Origin: an uncultured Pelagibacteraceae bacterium
GTDB lineage: Bacteria > Pseudomonadota > Alphaproteobacteria > Pelagibacterales > AG-422-B15
Reading direction: 5' to 3'
NCBI GenBank assembly: GCA_902524285.1
Contig: CABZCR010000001.1
Location: 81,774-145,773, forward strand
DNA: 64,000 bases
A program made the translations under genes and the position numbers. This document shows, piece by piece, positions 57,281 through 64,000 of the stretch; position 1 is the stretch's first letter, and the number at the start of each line of letters is the position of its first letter. The notes beneath the pieces were generated by a model. It was given only the letters and a program-made list of their open reading frames with translations. It was not told where the DNA came from and did not search any database.

Positions 57281-58203
57281 CAGAAAACTAATCGAATTAC
57301 AGATAAATTAAAAATTTCGTTAGGCTCTACTAACAAATCTAGCGCAATTTTAGTTGCTACACCAAGTACTATAATGGCTAGTAAAGCCCTTATTTCTTCA
57401 CCTCTTAATTTATTAGCTGCTAATACTCCGACTTGAGCACCAATTACGGATGAGAGTATTAAAAAGAAAGCTAGTACAGCATCTACAGCAAATGTAGTAG
57501 TTGCATGAAGAATAGTAACTAGCGCAGTTATGAAAATAATTTGGAATAACGATGTACCTATTACTTTTGAGGTTGGCATTCCCAAAAAATAAATCATTGC
57601 AGGGATTAATATGAAAGCACCACCAATTCCCATTGTTGCTGATAAGATACCGATCACAAAACCAATTATAATTGGAGGAATAACACTTATGTATAATTTA
57701 GATTTATAAAATCTAACTTTGAAGGGCAATCTATGCGCCCAGTTATGATAATGAATCTTTCGTTTAACACTTTTTCTTCTTATTCTATCCCTTATTACTT
57801 TAGAACTTTCAATGAGCATTGATAAACCTATACCTGTTAAAAGAGCAAAATATAGAATTGAGATCACAGTATCAATTTGACCAATTGCAACAAGTCTACT
57901 GAATATCCAAATACCCAAGATTGATCCAAAGAAGGCGCCAACAAGCAATACTCCTCCCATCCTAAAATCTACAAGATCTTGTCTCCAATGTCCTAATGTT
58001 CCAGAAATTGAGGATGCAACAATTTGGTTTGCTGAAGTCGCAACTGCAACATTGGTAGGTATGCCTATGAATATTAGTAATGGGGTCATTAAAAAGCCTC
58101 CACCTAAACCAAACATGCCTGATAGAAATCCTACAACTCCGCCTAAAGACAATAATAGAAAAATGTTAACTGAGAGCTCTGCAATAGGCAGATAAATACT
58201 CAT
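57280..58203 (-). CDS. TauE/SafE (DUF81) family anion permease
   Basis: 307 aa with two repeated halves, each carrying a G(L/I)GGG(F/A) motif (GLGGGFLMTP, GIGGAFILIP). Confidence 0.8.
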   Translation of the reverse strand: MSIYLPIAELSVNIFLLLSLGGVVGFLSGMFGLGGGFLMTPLLIFIGIPTNVAVATSANQIVASSISGTLGHWRQDLVDFRMGGVLLVGAFFGSILGIWIFSRLVAIGQIDTVISILYFALLTGIGLSMLIESSKVIRDRIRRKSVKRKIHYHNWAHRLPFKVRFYKSKLYISVIPPIIIGFVIGILSATMGIGGAFILIPAMIYFLGMPTSKVIGTSLFQIIFITALVTILHATTTFAVDAVLAFFLILSSVIGAQVGVLAANKLRGEEIRALLAIIVLGVATKIALDLLVEPNEIFNLSVIRLVF

Positions 58204-58315
58204 AATTCTAAACTTTTCAGACTTTCCCCATCGATATGGCCAACAAAATTAGAAATTTGCAATTTATGAGACAAAGGTTATATATATTTAAACTACAATA
58301 AATATTCTTAAACCT

Positions 58316-60085
58316 ATGTCGTACAAAAGTCCAATAGAAGATTTCAAATACAATCTTGCTATGCTTAACTACGATGAGATCATTGCTGGCATAGAGAAGT
58401 TCAAGGAATATGACTCCGAAACACTCATGAGCGTTGTGTCTGAAATTGGCCGCCTTAATGAGCAAGAAGTACTAGATAGTAATAAAATTGGAGATAGAGA
58501 GGGCTTAAAATATGTCACTAATGGAGCAGAGGGTCCTGAAGTGCACACCCCTGAGAGATTTAAGAAGTTGTATGATGCAGTAAAGGCCTCAGGCTATGTT
58601 GGCGCCACTATGCCCACTCAATATGGTGGTGGTGGAGCTCCTTTCACGACTGCAATACTTGCAGGAGAGATTGGCATTGCTGCTAATATGGCATTCTACA
58701 TGGGTCCGGGATTAAGTCATGGAGCAATGAAGACCATCTTAAAAAAAGCTACAGAGGAACTTAAAGATAAATATTTACCTAACATGACTTCTGGTGAATG
58801 GATGGGTACGATGTGCCTTACAGAACCACAGTGTGGAACTGATCTTGGTTTAATAAAATCAACTGCAATTCCTAAAGATGATCATTATGAATTAACAGGC
58901 CAAAAAATTTGGATTTCATTCGGTGAGCATGACTTGACTGAAAACATTATTCATCTTGTTCTTGCAAGAACACCAGATGCACCTGAGGGTATTAGAGGAA
59001 TAAGTTTATTTCTTGTTCCAAAGCGACTGGATGATAATTCTCGAAATACAATTTATTGCGGTGGCTTAGAACATAAGCTTGGAATTAATTCTTCGCCAAC
59101 TTGCGTTATGAACCTTGAAAATGCAAAAGGTTGGCTTGTTGGAGAAAAAAACAAAGGTATGGAAGCAATGTTTTTGATGATGAATGATGCACGTTTAAAA
59201 GTTGGACTCCAAGGTATAGCAATGTCTGAGATCTCATATCAAAACGCCTTGGAATTTGCAAAAGAAAGAAAACAAATGAGGTCAGTTGTAAAGGATAAGC
59301 AAGACAAAGATAGTAAAGCTGACAACATAATCGTTCATCCTGACGTAAGAAGAATGTTAATGAATGTTAAAGCAACAACTGAAGCAATGCGTGCATTATG
59401 CATTTATACAGCAATGAAAATTGATCTTGCAGAAGATCATCCTGATGAAAAAATAAGACAGGAAGCTGATGATTTTGCTGCATTAATGACACCAATAATT
59501 AAAGCTTACTGTACTGATAGAGGTTTTTTAAATTGTTCAGAATCTCTACAAGTCTTAGGTGGTAGTGGTTTTACAAAAGAATATCCTCTTGAGCAGTACA
59601 TGCGAGATGTAAGAATTACAATGATATATGAAGGTACAAATGGTATTCAAGCTTTAGACTTAGTTGGAAGAAAATTAACAATGCACCAAGGACGGCTGTT
59701 ACAAAATTTCCAAAAAGAGGTTCAAAAATTTCTTTCTGAAAATAAAGATAATGAGGAAATATCCTCATTTATTAAACCTCTCGAGAATGCTCTCAATGAA
59801 GTTACTGCTTCAACAATGTGGTTAATGCAAAACGGTATGCAGGATCCTGAAAATGCTCTTGCTTCCGCTACTGATTACCTAAATTTAGTAGCTCTATCTT
59901 CTATGACATATATGTGGGCACGCATGGCAAAGTTCTCAGTTGGAAAAAATGAACCTATTCATAAAAATAAAATAAAAACTGGAACTTATTTTGTTGAAAA
60001 GATTATGCCAGAGTTAACTATGTACTCAAAAAAAGTGCAAGCAGGCAAGTCATCAATGATGGAAATGGAAGTTGCAGAGTTTTAA
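58316..60085 (+). CDS. long acyl-CoA dehydrogenase (DmdC/FadE-like, with N- and C-terminal extension domains)
   Basis: 589 aa. ACAD core (CLTEPQCGTDL, ISLFLVP, GGSGFTKEYPLEQYMRDVRI) plus extra N-terminal and C-terminal domains. Confidence 0.8.
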   Translation: MSYKSPIEDFKYNLAMLNYDEIIAGIEKFKEYDSETLMSVVSEIGRLNEQEVLDSNKIGDREGLKYVTNGAEGPEVHTPERFKKLYDAVKASGYVGATMPTQYGGGGAPFTTAILAGEIGIAANMAFYMGPGLSHGAMKTILKKATEELKDKYLPNMTSGEWMGTMCLTEPQCGTDLGLIKSTAIPKDDHYELTGQKIWISFGEHDLTENIIHLVLARTPDAPEGIRGISLFLVPKRLDDNSRNTIYCGGLEHKLGINSSPTCVMNLENAKGWLVGEKNKGMEAMFLMMNDARLKVGLQGIAMSEISYQNALEFAKERKQMRSVVKDKQDKDSKADNIIVHPDVRRMLMNVKATTEAMRALCIYTAMKIDLAEDHPDEKIRQEADDFAALMTPIIKAYCTDRGFLNCSESLQVLGGSGFTKEYPLEQYMRDVRITMIYEGTNGIQALDLVGRKLTMHQGRLLQNFQKEVQKFLSENKDNEEISSFIKPLENALNEVTASTMWLMQNGMQDPENALASATDYLNLVALSSMTYMWARMAKFSVGKNEPIHKNKIKTGTYFVEKIMPELTMYSKKVQAGKSSMMEMEVAEF

Positions 60086-61273
60086 TTAAGATCTATATCC
60101 CAATTGTCTTGCAGCTAAATCGTACATTATTTCTTCTGATCCACCGCCAATGGCATTAACTCTTACTTCTCTATAAATCCTCTCAACTTTTCCAGGCCCG
60201 CTATTAGCTCGAAGGTATCCTGCACCACCTAATATTTGCATCGCTTCCCTCGCACATAATTCCATCGCTTTACTTGCATGTACTTTTAGCATCGCCAAGT
60301 CTGCAATCGGGCTTTCACCATTCATTACTCTCCAAGATAGCAATTCAGTCCAAGCTCTTGATGTTTTAACTGCTCTGTTCATATCAACGAGTTTGTGTTT
60401 TATCACTTGATTATCAATCAATGGCTTACCAAATGTTTTTCGCTCTTTTGCCCAAGCTACTGCTTCATCAATACAAATTTGAGAGTACGCATTCATACCA
60501 GCTGCCATACCAAGTCTTTCTTGACTGAAGTTGCTCATTACGCCGATCCAGCCACTGTTTTCTCCACCAATCAAATTTTCTACAGGCACTTTACAATTAT
60601 CAAAGTAAAGTACAGCTGTATCAGAGCTTAGCCATCCCATTTTTTTTAGAGGTGTTTGCGTGAAGCCAGGCGTATCCTTTTCAATAACCAGAACTGATAT
60701 TCCAGTAGCACCTTCACCACCAGTTCTTACTCCAACTACATATGTATCAGCACGCATTCCACTCGTGATGAACATTTTTGAGCCATTAACAATGAAATGG
60801 TCGCCTTTTCTAACTGCTTTGGTTTTCAAACTTGCAACATCTGATCCTCCCGAAGGTTCTGTCATTGCAAGAGCTGCTATTTTTTCCCCTCTTACCACCG
60901 GGGGGATAAATTTTTCTTTTTGTTCTTCTGTACCCAAAGATTGTATCAATGGTATTGCAATATTATGCGATAAAAGACTTGCTGAAACACCGCCACATCC
61001 ATGGGCGAATTCCTCAGCTGTTACGATGCCATGAAAAATATCAATACCTTCTGTTGTACCGCCATACTTTTCATCATAGCCCATTCCCATTAGACCTACA
61101 TCGGCAGCTTTTTTATAGAGTTCTCTTGGAAACTCACCAGCTTCTTCCCATTCTTCAACAAAAGGAGCTATTTCCTTTGAAACAAATTTTCTTACTTCTT
61201 CTCTCCATGCATGATGAGACTCATTATAAAAAAGAGGTTCTTTACCCTTAGAAATTCCAACTTTTGGTATCAT
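60086..61273 (-). CDS. acyl-CoA dehydrogenase
   Basis: 395 aa with LAMTEPSGGSDV and GGAGYLRANSGPGKVERIYREVRVNAIGGGSEEI. Confidence 0.85.
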   Translation of the reverse strand: MIPKVGISKGKEPLFYNESHHAWREEVRKFVSKEIAPFVEEWEEAGEFPRELYKKAADVGLMGMGYDEKYGGTTEGIDIFHGIVTAEEFAHGCGGVSASLLSHNIAIPLIQSLGTEEQKEKFIPPVVRGEKIAALAMTEPSGGSDVASLKTKAVRKGDHFIVNGSKMFITSGMRADTYVVGVRTGGEGATGISVLVIEKDTPGFTQTPLKKMGWLSSDTAVLYFDNCKVPVENLIGGENSGWIGVMSNFSQERLGMAAGMNAYSQICIDEAVAWAKERKTFGKPLIDNQVIKHKLVDMNRAVKTSRAWTELLSWRVMNGESPIADLAMLKVHASKAMELCAREAMQILGGAGYLRANSGPGKVERIYREVRVNAIGGGSEEIMYDLAARQLGYRS

Positions 61274-62118
61274 ATTATTTCACCCACTCCATTTTTAATT
61301 ACCATTTTATCACGTTCTTTTACTTTACACTGATAATAAACATTATTACCATCTTTCCACATTTCTGTAACTATTGTTTCTCCAGGATATACAGGTGAAG
61401 AAAAACGACAATCAAATCTTTTAAGTTTCTTTACATCTTTATCGCAGACACTTTCAATAATTGATCTGCATGCGATACCGTATGTGCACATGCCATGTAG
61501 AATTGGCCGTTCAAAACCAGCAGACTTTGCAAAATTTGGATCAGAGTGTAATGGGTTGTAATCACCTGAAAGTCTAAAAATTAATGCTTGATCAGGTTTG
61601 GTATTTATTTCATGCACATAATCTGGTTTACCCTCAGGTCTTACTAATTCTTTTTTTGGAGACTCAGGTCCACCAAAGCCACCATCCCCCCTTGCGAATG
61701 TTGTACTAACGAGCTTACAGATTTCCGTATTATCTTTTTTAAGATTTACAGTTGTTTCAACCTCAATAACTGCACCCTTACCAGGACCTTTATCATAACA
61801 ACCTATAACTTTTGCGTTGGTTATAAAATCTCCTGAGACAGGTAAAGGATTAGTTATTGATAATCTCTGTTCACCATGAACAACCATAATGAAATTAATA
61901 TTTGTCTTCAGCAATAATGGAGAGTGATATTGAAAATTAGTAGCCATTGATGGCAATGCAATTTGTGAATTTTCATAGACAAACTTTAATTCATCTAAAT
62001 TCATTGGGTCATTCCCAAAACCAACACCTAGACTATAGAGAATTGAATCTTTATCAGTATAGGAAACTTCAATGTTTTCTGAAGTCATGGACATTATTTC
62101 TTCGTAATTAATAGCCAT
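61270..62118 (-). CDS. MaoC-like (R)-specific enoyl-CoA hydratase, double hot-dog
   Basis: 282 aa with an N-terminal hot-dog-like half plus a C-terminal MaoC motif (YNPLHSDPNFAKSAGFERPILHGM). ATGA overlap with the upstream ACAD. Confidence 0.8.
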   Translation of the reverse strand: MAINYEEIMSMTSENIEVSYTDKDSILYSLGVGFGNDPMNLDELKFVYENSQIALPSMATNFQYHSPLLLKTNINFIMVVHGEQRLSITNPLPVSGDFITNAKVIGCYDKGPGKGAVIEVETTVNLKKDNTEICKLVSTTFARGDGGFGGPESPKKELVRPEGKPDYVHEINTKPDQALIFRLSGDYNPLHSDPNFAKSAGFERPILHGMCTYGIACRSIIESVCDKDVKKLKRFDCRFSSPVYPGETIVTEMWKDGNNVYYQCKVKERDKMVIKNGVGEII

Positions 62119-62193
62119 TTTTTATGTATTTCTCTAATTTTTAAATGTATATATACTTTATATAGATCACTTATTTAAAGCGAGGAAAAAAAC

Positions 62194-63045
62194 ATGCCAA
62201 AACCCTTTGATGTTGAAATAAATAATTCAATTGCTCATATCAGGTTCAATAGGCCTGAAAAAAGAAATTCAATGAACGAGGATTTCTGGAGATTATTTCC
62301 AAAGGAAGTTGAAGAGCTAGATGATAGTGGTGAGATTAGAGCTTTAATTGTATCTTCCACGGGACCACACTTTTCTGCAGGAATAGACCTTAGCATGTTT
62401 AAAGATGATGTTGTTGAACACGAAACAAACCAAGAGCTTGGCAGAAGTAGGGGGTATTTTATTCAACAGTTAAAGTTTCTGCAACGTGCTGCTTCATGTT
62501 TGGAGGATGCGAGATTTCCAGTTGTTGCCGCTGTCCAAGGAGGATGTATTGGTGGAGGTATCGATTTAGTCACTGCCGCTGATATAAGAGTGTGTACAAA
62601 GGATGCATTTTTTTTAATTGAGGAAATAAATGTAGGCTTAGCAGCAGATATAGGAACGATCCAAAGATTACCAAAAATTATACCTGCTGGTATAGCGCGT
62701 GAGTGGACTATGATGGGAGAAAAGATATCTGCTGAAAGAGCAAGAGAAGTAGGTCTTGTGAGCTCTTTGCATGAGAGTCATGAAGAAATGATTGATAGTG
62801 CTTTTGAAATGGCTGAAAAATTAGCATCAAAAACACCACTTGCGATGTGGGTTACAAAAGAAGTTCTCAATTATTCAAGAGATCACTCTGTTAAAGAGGG
62901 CTTGGATAATGTGGCACTATGGAATGCAGCTACGCTGCATAAAGAAGATGTAATGACTACAATGATGTCAAAAATGCAAAAGAAAAAGCCAGAGTATAGA
63001 AATCTAAGAGATAAAAATTTCTTGAAACATAAATCAAGTAAATAG
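62194..63045 (+). CDS. enoyl-CoA hydratase/isomerase family protein (dienoyl-CoA isomerase-like)
   Basis: 283 aa crotonase fold with FNRPEKRNSM, HFSAGIDL and VQGGCIGGGIDL. Confidence 0.8.
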   Translation: MPKPFDVEINNSIAHIRFNRPEKRNSMNEDFWRLFPKEVEELDDSGEIRALIVSSTGPHFSAGIDLSMFKDDVVEHETNQELGRSRGYFIQQLKFLQRAASCLEDARFPVVAAVQGGCIGGGIDLVTAADIRVCTKDAFFLIEEINVGLAADIGTIQRLPKIIPAGIAREWTMMGEKISAERAREVGLVSSLHESHEEMIDSAFEMAEKLASKTPLAMWVTKEVLNYSRDHSVKEGLDNVALWNAATLHKEDVMTTMMSKMQKKKPEYRNLRDKNFLKHKSSK

Positions 63046-63068
63046 TATTTTTAACAAATTAAATTTTA

Positions 63069-63938
63069 ATGAGATTTAAAAAAGGCATTATTCTCGCTGC
63101 CGGTAAGGGAACTCGACTTTCGCCTGCAACAAAAGTAACAGTGAAGCCTCTTCTGCCTTTATATGATAAACCTTTACTTTATTACGCGTTATCAAACTTA
63201 ATTAAGGCTGGTGTTCGCGAGGTGCTATTTATATCTCAAAAGAAAAATATACCAGAATTTAGAAAACTATTTGGCTCGGGAAAACAGCTTGGCATGAAAT
63301 TCAGTTACACATTTCAAAAAAAACAAGTTGGAATTCCTGATGCAGTTAATGTTGCCGAAAAATTTATTAATAAAAAACCATTTGTTTTAGCCTTAGCTGA
63401 TAATTTATTTGTTGGTAAGAGCTTCACATCAACTTTAAAAAAAGTTCAGTCGCTCAAGGATGGAGCTGCTGTTTTAGCTGTAAAAACAAAATATCCACAC
63501 AAATCAGCAGTTATTGAATACGATAGAGAAAAAAATATAAAATCAATTATTGAGAAACCAAAAAAACCAAAGAGCAATCTTACAATACCCGGTCTTTATT
63601 TTTATGATAAGGACTCCATATCAATTGTTAAGGATTTAAAGCCCTCCAAAAGAAAAGAATTAGAGATAGTTGATGTTCATCAATCTTATCTAAGAAAGAA
63701 GCTTTTAAAAGTTTTTACATTAAAAAAAGATGTTAAGTGGTTTGACACTGGTGATGCTGAAGAAATGCTTGAAGCTTCAAACTATATTAACAAATATCAA
63801 ATAAAAGAAAAAAAGCTATTTGGATCTATCGAAATGGATTCATATCAAAGTGGATGGATTACAAAAAAACAACTTAGAATTCTTATTAATCAAATGCCGG
63901 ACTCAAAGTATAAAGAAAAATTAAGTTCACTTGCTTAA
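63069..63938 (+). CDS. rfbA: glucose-1-phosphate thymidylyltransferase-like sugar nucleotidyltransferase
   Basis: 289 aa with GIILAAGKGTRLSPATKVTVKPLLPLYDKPLLYYALSNL, close to the RmlA N-terminal signature. Confidence 0.7.
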   Translation: MRFKKGIILAAGKGTRLSPATKVTVKPLLPLYDKPLLYYALSNLIKAGVREVLFISQKKNIPEFRKLFGSGKQLGMKFSYTFQKKQVGIPDAVNVAEKFINKKPFVLALADNLFVGKSFTSTLKKVQSLKDGAAVLAVKTKYPHKSAVIEYDREKNIKSIIEKPKKPKSNLTIPGLYFYDKDSISIVKDLKPSKRKELEIVDVHQSYLRKKLLKVFTLKKDVKWFDTGDAEEMLEASNYINKYQIKEKKLFGSIEMDSYQSGWITKKQLRILINQMPDSKYKEKLSSLA

Positions 63939-64000
63939 TGTTTGATAAAAATTCATTAATAAATTTGTTAGAGTCAAATTCTATTAGTTACAAAATTACT

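Noticed and set aside
62136-62150. 10-bp palindrome GTATATATAC in the MaoC/crotonase divergent spacer
   Set aside because: It is just a (TA)n tract with flanking G and C. Such self-complementary runs are expected in AT-rich promoters and carry little information.
1-64000. Search for mobile elements, prophage, CRISPR, toxin-antitoxin or defence islands, especially next to the two tRNA genes
   Set aside because: No integrase, transposase, recombinase, direct repeats of tRNA 3' ends, Cas-like or phage-like ORFs were seen. Genes flanking both tRNAs are ordinary metabolic or transport genes with native-looking composition.

Overview
A visibly AT-rich, extremely gene-dense chromosomal segment. Most intergenic gaps are 0-20 bp and many start and stop codons overlap. 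Alphaproteobacterial markers are present: GcrA, class I LysRS, an Alph_Pro_TM-type protein next to a TauE/DUF81 permease, a membrane-anchored CycM-like cytochrome c, and ffs-dnaX-ybaB-recR and rpmH-rnpA-yidD-yidC synteny. Composition and compaction look like a streamlined marine lineage (SAR11/Pelagibacterales-like), but I cannot verify the taxon from sequence alone. I call about 70 protein genes, 2 tRNAs (Ser-GGA, Arg-ACG) and the SRP RNA. I saw no rRNA, CRISPR array, transposase, integrase or phage genes. Most content is housekeeping: pheST, lepA, dnaX, recR, def-fmt-truA, dapDE, argBDF, yidC, folE, lysK, pyrD. The items most worth a second look are: (1) a GC-rich structured element with a canonical terminator at 9645-9750, preceded by tandem DnaA-box sequences and sitting just upstream of a LysE/RhtB exporter, which I could not assign to any riboswitch class by eye; (2) an operon of circularly permuted ATP-grasp, alpha-E and transglutaminase genes, preceded by the longest non-coding spacer in the window (333 bp) and a 31-codon upstream ORF with the strongest Shine-Dalgarno I saw; (3) a secreted/membrane cluster at 20528-23405 built around a cupredoxin/beta-helix lipoprotein; (4) a translationally coupled TauE, Alph_Pro_TM and CcdA trio; (5) an orphan carboxyltransferase coupled to a maleate-isomerase/arylmalonate-decarboxylase-like protein. 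All functional calls come from reading the translations by eye. No database search was run.
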